In this document: piece after piece, positions 1 to 11,146 of the stretch
How the letters are laid out: the number at the start of each line of letters is the position of its first letter
How positions within the stretch are numbered: the stretch's first letter is position 1
Assembly: GCA_963804645.1 (NCBI GenBank)
Contig: CAWDRG010000005.1
Span: 296,089 to 360,088 of the forward strand
From: an uncultured Bacillota bacterium
GTDB lineage: Bacteria; Sysuimicrobiota; Sysuimicrobiia; Sysuimicrobiales; Segetimicrobiaceae
DNA length: 64,000 bases
Direction: 5' to 3'
Translations under genes and position numbers: made by a program
The notes under the pieces: generated by a model
Seen by the model: the letters and a program-made list of their open reading frames with translations, nothing else
Database searches by the model: none
Told to the model about the DNA's origin: nothing

Positions 1-699
1 CGCCCACTCCGGCTGCGCGATCGACTCCCGCAGGCCGCCGGCGACGCAGGCGCCGCGCGCGACGGACCCGTCGGCGTTGAGGTCGGCGACCCACAGCTCC
101 GTGCCGTCCCACGGCATGTTCGGGTGATTCCATGTCAGGTACGCGAGGCGCGAGCCGTCGGGGCTGAGGCGCGGCGAGGAGTAAAAGTCGTTGCCGCCGG
201 CGAGGATCTGCCCGCCGCGATCATCGCCGTCCCATCGCACCGCGACGATCGTGTTCACCGCCTCCGGCGCACCGGTCGTATGATCCTCGCGAACGCACAC
301 GAGCCGCGCCCGCCGGGGATCCGGCACCGCGTCCGCGTAGCGCAGATCCACTCCCGGCGTGAGCGGCCGCGGGGCCGCACCCGGATCCTGCCGGTACAGC
401 CGCTGGTCGGCGAAGTTCGAGAAGAAGACACGGCCCTCACAGACGGTATAGGCGCCGCCGCCGTACTCGTGGACGCGCGAGCGGGCGCTCATCCCCTGCG
501 GCGTCACGTCCTCGATGCGACCGTCCGCCCCCCGGCGCACGATGACGTGCCGTCCGCCCTCCGCGGGGCGTCCCTCGATCCAGTACACGGCCTCGCCGTC
601 GAGCGCGATCGCGTCCAGTCCGACCGTCCCGGACACGATCAGGTCCGCGGTGATCGGAGAAGTCCACGAGCCGTACGGTGCGGTCTGCGCGGGCGCCAT
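1..699 (-). CDS. S9-family peptidase (acylaminoacyl/dipeptidyl peptidase), N-terminal part; runs off the window
   Basis: Manual translation: MAPAQTAPYGSWTSPITADLIV...RSRVHEYGGGAY...NDFYSSPRLSPDGSRLAYLTWNHPNMPWDGTELW, typical S9 N-terminal motifs. GGAGG SD lies 6 nt upstream. Absent from the ORF track because it has no stop in the window. Confidence 0.88.
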   Translation of the reverse strand, partial: MAPAQTAPYGSWTSPITADLIVSGTVGLDAIALDGEAVYWIEGRPAEGGRHVIVRRGADGRIEDVTPQGMSARSRVHEYGGGAYTVCEGRVFFSNFADQRLYRQDPGAAPRPLTPGVDLRYADAVPDPRRARLVCVREDHTTGAPEAVNTIVAVRWDGDDRGGQILAGGNDFYSSPRLSPDGSRLAYLTWNHPNMPWDGTELWVADLNADGSVARGACVAGGLRESIAQPEWA

Positions 700-731
700 C
701 GCCATCCTCCTGTGGATCGACTGAACCGCCG

Positions 732-2893
732 CTACGGCGTCGCGGGGGCGGGGTGGCCGTCGCGGTACAGCCAGCGGTACACCGCGGCGGACTGCAGCAC
801 CGTCTTGACGTAGTCGCGGGTCTCGAGATACGGAATCTCTTCGACAAACAACGCCGGGTCGACGCCGGGACGCTGCGCCATCCACCGGTTGACTGCGCCC
901 GGCCCTGCGTTGTAGGCCGCGACGGCCAGATCGACGCGCCCGAACTGCTTGAGCAGCTCCGACAGGACGACCGTCCCCAGCAGGGCGTTCGTCTGGGGGT
1001 CGGCGAGCGCGCGGCTGTCGGGCGGCGCCACGCCGGCGTTGCGGGCGGCGCCCTGCGCCGTGCCCGGCATGAGCTGCATCAGGCCGAACGCCCCGGCCGA
1101 CGACAGCGCGACCGGATCAAACCGGCTCTCCTCGCGGATCACGCCGGCGACGAGATACGGATCGACGCCCGTGCGGCCGGCGGCCTGCGCGATCGGCGCC
1201 CACTGTCCCTGTGGATACAGCGCGTTCCACAGCGCGAGCGGCAGCGCGTGTCCCGCGGCGCCCGGCGTGAGCGCGCGCGCGTCTTCGGCGACGCGAATGC
1301 CCGCCGCGGACCTGCCCCTGCCGCTCGAGCGCCTCGCTCAACAGCAGCGTGACGGCCGGGCGGTCGCCGGCCGAGGCGCCGTCCGCGGCGGCCTGCAGTT
1401 CCCGCTGTCGCGTCGTCCGTCTGCGCCAGCGCGTCGAGCTCCCGGTACCGGTCGAGCGTCGGAATCGTCCCCGTGGGGATGTCCGGAAGCGGCGCGGCCA
1501 CCGGCACGCGCATCGGCGCGCCCACCTGCGATGCCGCAAGCTGCCCGTAGTATGTCGCGGGGTACCGGGCCGCGGTCGCGCGGGCGTCGGCCGCGGCGTG
1601 CGCGCCGTCCCCGGCCGCGCCCGCCGCGCGGGCCGCCCAATACAGGCCGGCCGACGCCATCTCGTCGTCTCCGGCGGTGTCGACGAGCCCCAGCCACGCG
1701 AGCCGCGCGGGGCCCCACGCGTGCAGGCGGTACTCGATCCACCCGGCCTCCCAGCGCGCGCGGTCGCCCCAGTGGGTCCCGGGGAACCGGTCGCCGGCTT
1801 CGCGGAACAGCGCGACCGCCGGACCGAGCGCGGCCTGGTCCTCGCGGGCGGCCGCGATCATGTACAGGCCGCGCGGCGCGAGCGAGGATCGAGGGTAGTC
1901 GTGCGCGAGCGTCCGCGCGGTCCGAAGCGCGCCGGCCGCGTCGCCGCGGGCGAGCGCGATGCGCACGAGGTAGAACAGCGAGTCGTCCGCGTGCAGCTGC
2001 CTGAGGTTCACGTCCTGCTCGAAGTGCGAGGCCGCCTCATCGAAGGCGTGCCCGTCGAAGGCGAGCACCCCGAGGTAGTACAAGGCACCGTCCGCGACGA
2101 TCCACCCTCGGGGCATGCGGAGGGCATGCCGGAGCTCGACGCGGGCATCCGCAATGCGCCCCGCGGCGATGTCGTCGACCGCGCGCTGGAACACCGCTTC
2201 CGGCGGCGTCGCGTCCGGCGGCAGCGCGTGCACGGCGGCGAGCGCCTTGACGCGCAGCGCCGAGGGCGCCGCGTACGGGCTCTCCGGAAACACCCAGAGC
2301 ACGCGCCGGTAGGCTTGCACCGCGTCCGCCCACCGGGCGGCGGTCTCGAGCGCGAGGCCCATCTCGTACCATGCCTGGGCCGCGTGCTGACCGCCGCCGA
2401 AGGCCGCGAGATACTCGTGGTACGCGTCGGGCGCCGCGGGCGACCCCGAGCTCCGCATCGCCTCGGCGCGCCGGAACAGCGCGAGGCCCCGCAGCGTGGT
2501 GTCGGGGTACCGCGTCAGCAGATCCTGGAAGGCCGCGATCGCCGGGTCGAAGCGGCCCGCGTCCGCCGCGGCGACGCCCTGGTAGTACTCGGCGTAGTCC
2601 GCGAGCACCGGCAGCGCCTGCACCGTCTCGGCAAACGCCGCGCCCGCGTCGTCGTATCTGCCCTGCGTTAGGTTGATGATCCCGAGCAGGTACCGGCCCC
2701 GGCTTCCCTCCGGACCCGCGTCTTGGCTGAGCGGGGTGAGCATCGCCCGGGCGCCCGCCAGATCCCCGTGCGCGTACGCGGCGACCGCCGCGGCGAGCTG
2801 CGTGCCCGGCTGGGAAAAACTCGGCATTTGGGACGCCGCCAGCGCCACGGCGACGACCCCAACGCTGACGAAGATCCGGCGCAGAACGGTCAT
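732..2893 (-). CDS. TPR-repeat soluble lytic transglycosylase (Slt70-like), frameshifted near 1140-1400
   Basis: Signal peptide MTVLRRIFVSVGVVAVALAA and TPR repeats (end of ORF 1139..4474). SLT motifs IREESRF, AFGLMQLMP, AAYNAGPG and ETRDYV in ORF 732..1142. Confidence 0.85.
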
Positions 2894-2949
2894 AGGAGGT
2901 GTCGCACCGTTCGACGCCCTCACAAACCCATCCTTTGAGACCGCGGGCG

Positions 2950-5190
2950 CTACTTGGCCTGGCCGCCGGGATAGATCGCGCGCATCGAGCTCAGGTACAG
3001 GACGCCGTGCGGAGTCTTGGTCGGATCCGTCACCACGACATAAAACGACGACCAGCTGATCGGGAACGCCAGCCCGGGAGGAAACGCCGCGGTGACCGAG
3101 CGCCACCCCGTCCAGTCGACGCGCTGGGCCAGCGTCACCGTCCCCTTCTCGCCGTTCTCCTGGTCGAACACGCCGCGCAGCCACGCGCCGCTGCCGTCCC
3201 CGTAGACCCACACGCTGACGCCCGATGGCTCCCCGACGAGCGGAATCTGCGTCTGCACGTACGCCGCGCGCGTCCCGGTGCCGTCGAGGCGGTAGGTCAG
3301 CGCGACCGACGGGTGGCCGTCGTGGCTCGGATCGGAGACGCGCGCGACGTCGCCGGTGACGGAGTCGGGATAGCCGCGGAAGGTCCACGCCCCGACGTCG
3401 AACTGGTCCAGGTACCGAGCCGTGCTGCCGATCGCGACGCGTGCCTGTCCGAACGTGCCTCCCAGGGTCGCGGTGACCGTGCCGTTGCCGGCCGCGTCGC
3501 CGGGCACAAACGACCCCGACGGCGAGATGGTGCCGAGCGTCGGCGGCGCGACGGTCCACTGCGCGATGCCGCTCGGCACGATCACCGGCCGCCCGGTGCG
3601 GTCCACCGCGCGGACCGTGAACTGCGCCGGCTCCCCAGGCGCCACGGTCAGGGTCGCGGGGCTGACCACCAGCTTGGCCAGCTGGGTCACGACCGAGACC
3701 GGCGCGGTGCCCGACGCGGCGCCGCTCTGGACCGTCATCGCGCCGGATCCCGCGGACGTCGATGCGGTCACCGTACCGTCCGGTCCGACCGTGACCAGCC
3801 CGGGCGGGGACGTCACCGCCTGCAGCGGATCCGTCAGGGTCGTCGGGTTGCCCTGCGCGTCGACGCCGATCACCGAGAGCGCCGTGGATGCGCCCGCGAA
3901 CAGCTCGAAGGGCTGCCCGGCGTTCACCAGGAGGCGCGCGGGCGGCCCCGGCACCGCGGAGCTGTACACCAGCACCGCGTCGCCGACCGGGCGCTCCTTG
4001 CCGTCCGACGGTGAGTTGACGACCGACGGCGCGGCGGCGCCCGGCAGGCGCACAACCATCGTCGCCGAGCCTCCGCTGTCGAACGCCATCGCCTCGGACG
4101 CGCCCAGCCGCTGCATGTAGGCCGCCAGCTGAGGGCGGGTCAGCCCGATGCTCAGGGCGGGCTGGCGGCCGTCGACCTCGACAAACGTCAGGGTGCGCCC
4201 GTCCGGCGCGATGCCGACGGCGATCACCGGATAGCGGTGGCTGCTCTCTGACGGCGACGGCGGGTCGGAGTCCGTCGCGATCTGTCCGTTCGCCACCAGC
4301 AGCGGCCCGCCGCCGACCGCGAGCTGCGCATCGTGCCAGTCCGGATCGGTCGTCAGCGCCAGCTGGACCGGCATCCCGGTCGTGAGCCGGTTGAGCCAGT
4401 CCGCCCCCGCGCCCCGTCCGACGAGGATCACATCGTCGTTGGGAAACGGCACGTAGAACGGCTGCTGCGGCCACAGCTGCTTCACGAAGGCGTGCCCCTG
4501 ATCATCGGGCGGCGTGAGCTCCGCGACGACCTGGCGGGTCGCCGCATCGGGCTGCGGCGCCCCGTACCCGCGGATGTTGGAGAGCAGGACGATCCCGTTC
4601 GGCGACAGGCCGCTGTTGTACCCGTCGAGCGGCCGCGTCTCCCCGGTCGCGGTCAGCGTCACCGTGCCGGTCCACCGGTACCGGATGATGCGCGCGGCGC
4701 CGTCCCGACCGATGACGAGCGCGATCCAGCGCCACGGGCTGCGGAGCAGCTGCCCGTTCTGGATCACCAGATTCAGCGGAATCCCCGATTCGTGGATGTC
4801 GAAGTAGTCGGCGTTGATCCCCGCGATCGCCCCGGTGCGGAGCGCCATCGAGGAGACCGTCTCGTCGTCGCTCATCAGGCGGTCGCGCGCGATCCCGACG
4901 CCGAGGTGGATCGTCGGATTGCTGAGGTCGACCTGCATCTGATGCAGGTCGAGGGGGCCGTCGGCGGTGGCCAGGGTCAGATGGCGGTACTGAATGCCGG
5001 ACGCGACCGGAAGATCGACCACAGCGGTCGCGAGGATGGAGGGCCAGCCGCCCGGGGGGCCCTGGGCGAACACGCCCGGGCTGAGCAGCGACAGCACGAG
5101 GAACAACGCCACGCCGAACACGAACCTGCGACAATGGTACTTCCGTAGAGTCATGCGATGCCGTCCGCTGCTGCGTCGTACGAGAGTCAT
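2950..5190 (-). CDS. Secreted phosphodiester glycosidase (NAGPA-like) protein with Ig-like and C-terminal carbohydrate-binding-like domains
   Basis: Motifs AGINADYF, AVGGGPLLV, VDGRQPALSIG, AMAFDSGGSATM and NSPSDGKERPV; signal peptide. Confidence 0.85.
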   Translation of the reverse strand: MTLVRRSSGRHRMTLRKYHCRRFVFGVALFLVLSLLSPGVFAQGPPGGWPSILATAVVDLPVASGIQYRHLTLATADGPLDLHQMQVDLSNPTIHLGVGIARDRLMSDDETVSSMALRTGAIAGINADYFDIHESGIPLNLVIQNGQLLRSPWRWIALVIGRDGAARIIRYRWTGTVTLTATGETRPLDGYNSGLSPNGIVLLSNIRGYGAPQPDAATRQVVAELTPPDDQGHAFVKQLWPQQPFYVPFPNDDVILVGRGAGADWLNRLTTGMPVQLALTTDPDWHDAQLAVGGGPLLVANGQIATDSDPPSPSESSHRYPVIAVGIAPDGRTLTFVEVDGRQPALSIGLTRPQLAAYMQRLGASEAMAFDSGGSATMVVRLPGAAAPSVVNSPSDGKERPVGDAVLVYSSAVPGPPARLLVNAGQPFELFAGASTALSVIGVDAQGNPTTLTDPLQAVTSPPGLVTVGPDGTVTASTSAGSGAMTVQSGAASGTAPVSVVTQLAKLVVSPATLTVAPGEPAQFTVRAVDRTGRPVIVPSGIAQWTVAPPTLGTISPSGSFVPGDAAGNGTVTATLGGTFGQARVAIGSTARYLDQFDVGAWTFRGYPDSVTGDVARVSDPSHDGHPSVALTYRLDGTGTRAAYVQTQIPLVGEPSGVSVWVYGDGSGAWLRGVFDQENGEKGTVTLAQRVDWTGWRSVTAAFPPGLAFPISWSSFYVVVTDPTKTPHGVLYLSSMRAIYPGGQAK

Positions 5191-5344
5191 TCGCCTCCGG
5201 ATCGCAACGCCCTGCCGGCGCGCCGCGCGCCCCCTAGTACTACAAAGTCACGATTCTGGCAGGATTTTGCCCGCATGTGCCGAACAGCGGTAGTCGCGTA
5301 CGCATACATCGCACCTCTTGTCGCAGCAGACGTCGTCGTAGCAG

Positions 5345-6564
5345 GTGTCGCCGATGGCCAATGCGCCGCCTTTTGCCGATCCCGATCTGCGTCAGCGGTT
5401 GATCGAGTACCTCACGGCCGTCCTGCCGGAGTTGGGCCGCAAAGATCGCCGACCGTGGGCGCAAGCGTATGTGCGCGGCTTGCTGCTGGAAGGCGAGCGG
5501 AAATCGATCGAACCCATGGCCAAGCGCTTGCCGGACGGCAATGTGCAAGCCATGCAGCATTTCATTGGAAAGAGCCCGTGGCCGTATGAGCCGGTCCGCC
5601 GGCGGTTGGCTGGTGTGTTGTGCGCGGAAATGGGCTCCGGGCTGTGGATCGTCGATGACACCGGGTTTCCCAAGCAGGGCAAGCATTCCGTCGGGGTGGC
5701 GCGGCAGTACTCGGGCACGTTGGGCAAGGTGGCCAACTGCCAAATCGCGGTCAGCCTGCACCATGCCACGACGCTGGCGAGTCTGCCCATCGACTGGGCG
5801 TTGTACCTGCCGGAAGCCTGGGCCGCGGATCGCGCGCGCTGCGCCCGCGCGGGCGTGCGGCGGCGTCCGTGGACTACCGCCCCAAATGGCGGTTGGCGCT
5901 CGAGATGATCGATCACGCTCGACAGTGGGGCCTGGGGGACCAACGCGTCGTCGCCGATGCTGGCTATGGCACCATCGCCGATTTCCGTGCGGGCTTGCGG
6001 GAGCGGCAGTTGCCCTATGCCGTGGGCGTCGAATCCGGCACGGGCGTGTGGATGCGGTATCCGCGACGTCGGCGGCACCCACCCACCGTGCGCGGCCGGC
6101 CGCGTACGCGCTGGGACTACGGGGGCCAGCGGCCGCCCAGCGTCCTCGAGGTGGCGCGCGCGTTGCCAAAAGCCGCTTTTCATACTGTGACGTGGCGCGA
6201 AGGGAGCCAGGGCCAGCTCCGGTCGCGCTTCGCGCACGTCCGCGTCTGACCGTCCCACGGCTTTCATGAGGGCAAGCCGCCGGAGGCCGAACAATGGCTG
6301 CTCATCGAGTGGCCGGCCGACGCCGCCGAGCCGACCAAATACTGGTTCGTCACCGGCCCGCGGCGGCTGTCGCTGTTGCCACTGGTGCGCTGGGCGAAGG
6401 CGCGCTGGCGAATCGAGCAAGATTATGAACAGTTGAAGGGCGAACTGGGCCTCGACCACTTCGAAGGACGCCGCTGGCTGGGCTGGCATCATCACGTGAC
6501 GATGACCACAATGGCGTACGGGTTTCTCGTGCGCGAACGGCTTCGTCCCCTCGGGAGTAAAAAA
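5345..6564 (+). pseudogene. IS701-family transposase, main part (frameshift about 5865, TGA at 6247-6249, interrupted at the A-run)
   Basis: Motifs RKSIEPMA, IVDDTGFPKQGKHSVGVARQYSGTLGKVANCQ, VVADAGYG, RWRIEQDYEQLKGELGLDHFEGR and WHHH. Confidence 0.93.
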
Positions 6565-6567
6565 GGT

Positions 6568-9500
6568 TCATCCGGCATTTTCGGGAATTCCAGGAAACGC
6601 GGCCATGATCTTCAGGAAGAAGTAGCCATCGTCTCGGTAGCCGTACCCCATGCGCTTGAGGACCTTGATCTTGTGGTGGGTAGAGGACGGCCTCGGATCG
6701 ACCCTTGCGCCGTCCTCCCCCCGCAGAACCCGGCGTGCAGGTTTCCCGCACCGGGCTCCCCAGAGCGACATTCACGCCTCGGCCTCGTCAGACCGTCGGA
6801 TGTAGAGTCTTCGGGCGTGGCAGTTCAAACCACGAGCGGCTCCTGAGGTAGCTCCAGAACAACCGGTGCCATTGGCCGCGCCGACGCAACGTTCTTAGCC
6901 ACTGGAGCTGGACCTCATGACAGACCCAGTCCAACTTCCGCTCGCAGTGGTGTAGGGCGAAGTACTGGTAAAATCCCCGCAGCATCGTCGTAAGGTGAGC
7001 CTGTTGCGCCCGGCGATTCCAGTGCATATGGCTCCTGAGCCATTCATGGGTGCGATCCAGAAACGTCCTGCAGCTGTCGTGTGCCGGAATGCGCACCACG
7101 GCGAACTTGCCCCGCCGGTCCCTACCGCACACGTGCTTGAAGCCCAGAAATACGAACGTGCCTGGCTTCTCTCCATGTGCGGCGGCCCGCTTTCGGGCCT
7201 CTCGCCCAAACAGCAGTAGGCGCGTCTTCTCTGGTTTTAACTCCAGGCCGAACTTCTGCATCCGCTCCGCCAGTTCGCGGCCGAAGGCGTTCGCTTCCGC
7301 CTGATGCTCGAAACATACCACGAAGTCGTCCACAAACCGAATCAGGTGAGCGGCCCCTTGACAGCTCCGCTTGAACCGTCGCTCGAACCAGAGGTCGAGG
7401 ACGTGGTGCAAGTAGAGATTGGCGAGCACGGGGCTGATCGGATTGCCTTGCGACACGCCCTCCCTGTTTCGGACGACAACTCCGTCGTGCATCACCCCGG
7501 CCCTGAGCCACTTGCCAATGAGCCTCAGGATTACGGGATCGGCGATGCGATGGGCCACCATCTTCCGTAACCAGTCGTGATTGATGCGTGTGAAGTACCC
7601 GCAAATATCCGTCTCGAAGACGTACTGTGCTTTCCCCGCAATCAGATGGCCGCGAAGATCTCGCAATGCCTGGTGCGGGTTACGCCCGGGCCGGTATCCG
7701 TATGAGCACTCCACGAAGTCCTGCTCGTAGATGGCGCTGAGAATCCGCGCCACTGCGCGCTGCAGTAACCGGTCTTCCACCGTGGGAATGCCGATCGGGC
7801 GCATAGCCGACGTGTCCCCAGGTTTGGGGATGTCTACCCGTCGCACCGGTGGAGCCTGATACCGCCCTGCTTTCAGTCGTTCCCAGAGATCGACGACCCG
7901 TATCTCCAGATCGCGCTCGAACTGCGCGCATGTCTCTCCATCCACTCCGCTGGCACCCCGCCGGTTCATCTGCTGCCAAGTTTCTTTCAGAAACTCTGGC
8001 GTCAGAATGTGCGCCAGCGACGTGAAGCGGCACTTCGGGTCTGCCTTGGCTTTGATCGCTATCCCGGCCAGTCCGGTGGTCACCCTGATCCTCCCTCTGA
8101 AGGTGGAGGGGATGTTTCCCCGACCAAGGTCGTACGCTCTGCCCCGCCGCTTCCCCATGTACGCGGCTCTCCCGCGCTCCGAGTACTACCAGCGGGTCCG
8201 ACTTCCACCGCGGCGTTTGCCTCTCTTCGGTCGAACCATCTCGATCGGCATACTCGATCCACTCGATCAAGACCGCGGTGGATCTCCCAGGTCCCTCGAC
8301 GCGTCCGTCTCCGTCCGTGCCGTGCTCTCAGACCCCGCCGGGGTCTCCGGCATCCTCGCCCTAACGGATGCGTACTGTTGCCTTCCACGATAACAACCGT
8401 GTCGGCCCCCGGATTAGGAAGTCACGAGGCTCAATCGCTTCCTTTGCAGTACGGCCCGGACGTCGCCCTGTCTACGCTTAGCCCATGTCGTTACCTCCAT
8501 GAGCCCAAGACTCGGTTCCCGGTGGGTGGCTGGCCCTTGCCGGGGCGGGAATTGCACCCGCTGGACGCGCCAGATTTGTCCTGGCGCGCTGTTGATGCCC
8601 TCGAGGAGGCTGGTGTGTAACGGATAGCGACAGTGCGCGATGATCCCGGGGAGCCGCATCTTGAGATGGCGGGCAAACGTCTTGAGGGGTTCAATGCGAC
8701 TGCGGATGGCACGGTGGTACCAGTCGGTGAAGAAGCGGGTGGCGGCGCCAGGATAGGTATAGTCCCACATCTGCTTGAGATCATCCTTCAGCACGTAGAC
8801 GGCCGCAAGCCGCCGGTTGGCTGCCAAGAGGTCCTGGAGTCGTACGCGATCCTCCGGTTTGACGTTCTCACGATTGCGCAAGAGGAGCCACCGCGCGCCT
8901 TTGATCACCTTGCGGGCTTCTTTGTCGCGCCGCACGCGATTGGCTTCGTCCACGCGCACCCGGTCAATGACTTCGCGCCCGTACTTGGCGACCACGTGGA
9001 AGAGGTCATAGACAAGGACCGCGTGCGGACAATGGGCGCGCACTTCTTCTTCGTAGGCCGTGTTCATATCCATCACCACCGCCTGCAGACGCTTGCAGCC
9101 CTCGCCACCTAACAGCGCGAAGAAAGGACGGACGTCGTCGCGACTCCGGCCTTCGCCGACCCAGAGCACGCGTTTGCGCCGGGGTTCGACCACCACCGTG
9201 GCGTAGCGGTGGCCCTTTCGCAGGGCGAATTCATCCATCGCAATCGTTGTCACGTTGGACAGGTCCACCGGGAGCAACTGCTCTGCCAACGCGGCCACGT
9301 CCAGGTTTTTCACGGTGTCCCAGTCGAGGCCGTAGAACTCTGCCACGTGCTTCACCGGCAGGATGCGGCAGAGCCGGACCACGCTCTCCGCCAGGCGCTT
9401 GGTCACCCGGTCCCAGGCCGACAGCCAGGACAGGGCCTCGATTTTGGGGCCGCACGTGGGACAGGCAACGCGGTAGCGCGGCACCCATACGTGAGTCTCG

Positions 9501-9721
9501 GCGTCGAGCAGCGGCAGATCCCGGATGCAGCGGACCACCATCTCATGCGCCTTCGCCGTCTCTTGGCCGCACCCGGAGCACCGGAAGGTCCGCTTCTCGC
9601 GGGCCAGCGTGATCTCCACCCGCGGTTTGCCGGCTCCCGTCGTTGGTTCGATGCGCTCCACCAGCTTCACCCGATAGCATTCCCACCCGACCAGCACATT
9701 GGTAGACTGATCATGAGGCAA
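6568..9721 (-). CDS. ISL3 transposase, join(8590..9721, 6568..6674); 412 aa after intron removal
   Basis: Zinc finger CSGCG/CPTCG, IAMDEFALRKGHRY, VVMDM and YDLFHVV. The splice junction restores LEGINNKIKVLKRMGYGYRD in frame (1239 nt). Confidence 0.9.
6675..8589 (-). mobile_element. Group II intron 1 (1915 nt) in the ISL3 transposase gene
   Basis: 5' end GCGCGCCAGG; domain V GAGCCCGGTGCGGGAAACCTGCACGCCGGGTTC; domain VI ending CTACCCACC. Removal restores the exon frame. Confidence 0.9.
6788..8158 (-). CDS. ltrA: Group II intron reverse transcriptase/maturase, no endonuclease domain
   Basis: RT motifs ASGVDG, RPIGIPTVEDR, SYGYRPGR, GVSQGNPISPVLANLYL and FVDD, plus an X/thumb region. No C-terminal HNH. 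The true start is probably downstream of 8158 (VTTGLAGIA). Confidence 0.93.
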   Translation of the reverse strand: MGKRRGRAYDLGRGNIPSTFRGRIRVTTGLAGIAIKAKADPKCRFTSLAHILTPEFLKETWQQMNRRGASGVDGETCAQFERDLEIRVVDLWERLKAGRYQAPPVRRVDIPKPGDTSAMRPIGIPTVEDRLLQRAVARILSAIYEQDFVECSYGYRPGRNPHQALRDLRGHLIAGKAQYVFETDICGYFTRINHDWLRKMVAHRIADPVILRLIGKWLRAGVMHDGVVVRNREGVSQGNPISPVLANLYLHHVLDLWFERRFKRSCQGAAHLIRFVDDFVVCFEHQAEANAFGRELAERMQKFGLELKPEKTRLLLFGREARKRAAAHGEKPGTFVFLGFKHVCGRDRRGKFAVVRIPAHDSCRTFLDRTHEWLRSHMHWNRRAQQAHLTTMLRGFYQYFALHHCERKLDWVCHEVQLQWLRTLRRRGQWHRLFWSYLRSRSWFELPRPKTLHPTV

Positions 9722-10017
9722 GGTGCTCCCCCTTCCCTGAAGCGCCGTGTTCGCAGCACGTGCTCAAGGATAGGGGTGTGGTACCTTGCCTTCAACCTAT
9801 ACGGCTATCCCGGTTTTGCCTGAAGAACCGTAAAAAAACCATAATGGCAAAAGTAGCATCGGCGGCATGTGCGACCACTGATGTCGAGGATTCATCCTTA
9901 GGCATTCTGAAGATCAACGACGGCGAAGTGACGCGTCAGGCACTCGAGCACAGCAGTGATCATTGTACGCAAATCAGTTCGAGTCGTGAACGCGATAGAG
10001 AGACGCGTCGTGGAAGA

Positions 10018-10254
10018 CTATAGGGGCTTGCTCGGGGCGGAGGTTTGCCAGAGCTGTTCCAGTCGGGTGAGGAATGCCTCAGGCGCTCTTCGGTATCGCG
10101 CTCTCTGACGTCGAGGTTCCTGACTCGCGGCCCAACGTTGCATCTCCGTCCGGTATTGGTCGGTGGGAACGTGAGCAAACCATTCGATCAGGACGTCTGG
10201 AGGCAGATCGACTGCATATACCGCCAATGCTCCGTACCGCATAATGTAGCCCTC
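10018..10254 (-). pseudogene. C-terminal piece of the same transposase, displaced by the cargo element
   Basis: Removing the insert gives the in-frame RKSW(D/E)GYIMRYGALAVY...RARYRRAPEAFLTRLEQLWQTSAPSKPL*. Confidence 0.8.
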
Positions 10255-10291
10255 GGTAATGGTAGCGTATGAAACGCTACCACTACCGAGG
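10251..10291. repeat. Terminal palindrome, left (18-bp arms, one mismatch, 5-nt spacer)
   Basis: CCTCGGTAATGGTAGCGT-ATGAA-ACGCTACCACTACCGAGG. Confidence 0.9.
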
Positions 10292-10700
10292 TCTGGGTGG
10301 TGGGAGCGGCAGCGGTGGTGGCACCACGCCCGGCGGAGGCAGTCCCGGGGGTGGGAGTCCCACTCCGGGTGCGAACTCCGGTCCTGGAAGCAGCGGTGGG
10401 AACGGGGGAAACGAGCTCCGTGGCCCCCACTTCTCCGGCCAACACTGTCATTACTATATGGCCCGTAACTCCGGCGCCCGCGCCGACGACGCCGGCGGTC
10501 CCGGCAGTGCCTGCTGCACCGACACCGGTTGCGGCGACACCGGCAGTGGGCCGACACCCGCGAGGCCTCCAGTGGCGCCGGCGGCCGCTCCTGCGCCAGC
10601 GGCTCCGCAGCGTGCTGGGTTCGGCCCCCCCGTGCTCGGAGGTAGCGGGCCGACTGTGGTACTCGGCGCCCCGCGTCAGCACGGCGCCGGAACATGCCGC
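10290..10700 (+). pseudogene. Gly/Ser- then Pro/Ala/Thr-rich low-complexity coding fragment (cargo)
   Basis: GGGSGSGGGTTPGGGSPGGGSPTPG and VTPAPAPTTPAVPAVPAAPTP tracts in adjacent frames; no clear start. Confidence 0.35.
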
Positions 10701-11066
10701 TCTCAGGGCGGTTCAAGGACAGCCGACCAAGTTACCATTTGGGGGCATGTCGGAAACAAAGCGCTCCCTAAATCACGCTCGGACGCTGGATTGGAACGCT
10801 CATGGCTTCAATGGGGGCGATTTTGTTCGGGTGGAAGGTCGAGTAGTTGGAGAGCGCCTGGCACTTTCAGTTCGCGGTGCGGCCGGAGAATCGGGATACC
10901 GCTGCTCATCTGGGGCGCCGGTACGGGTGGTGCGCCTGTCTTGCAAAAAGCGGATTCCAGCGTCGATTCTGAGGTTACGAGCCGAACGACGGCACGGTGC
11001 CGGACATCCCGGCAGCGAGACGTGCGTCACGCGGTGGGACGGCCCGCTGAGCCCGTGACAACGCAT

Positions 11067-11096
11067 CGGGGAGCGAGTGCGAACCCTCGCTCCCCG
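11067..11096. terminator. Hairpin downstream of the PEP-CTERM gene, probable terminator
   Basis: CGGGGAGCGAG-N8-CTCGCTCCCCG, about 50 nt after the stop. Confidence 0.55.
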
Positions 11097-11146
11097 TCAA
11101 TTTGAAGAGACTTGGTCGCGTTCCTTAACGCTTTACCGGTCTCCGA

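Larger units (their letters stand above)
6565..9829 (-). mobile_element. ISL3-family insertion sequence containing a group II intron
   Basis: Imperfect IRs GGTTCATCCGGCATTTTCGGGA and GGTTCTTCAGGCAAAACCGGGA. 8-bp direct repeat GTAAAAAA at 6557-6564 and 9830-9837. Confidence 0.92.

Noticed and set aside
1139..4474. 1111-aa ORF as one protein
   Set aside because: Its first half is an off-frame shadow of the glycosidase gene; only the part from 2893 is the TPR-Slt gene.
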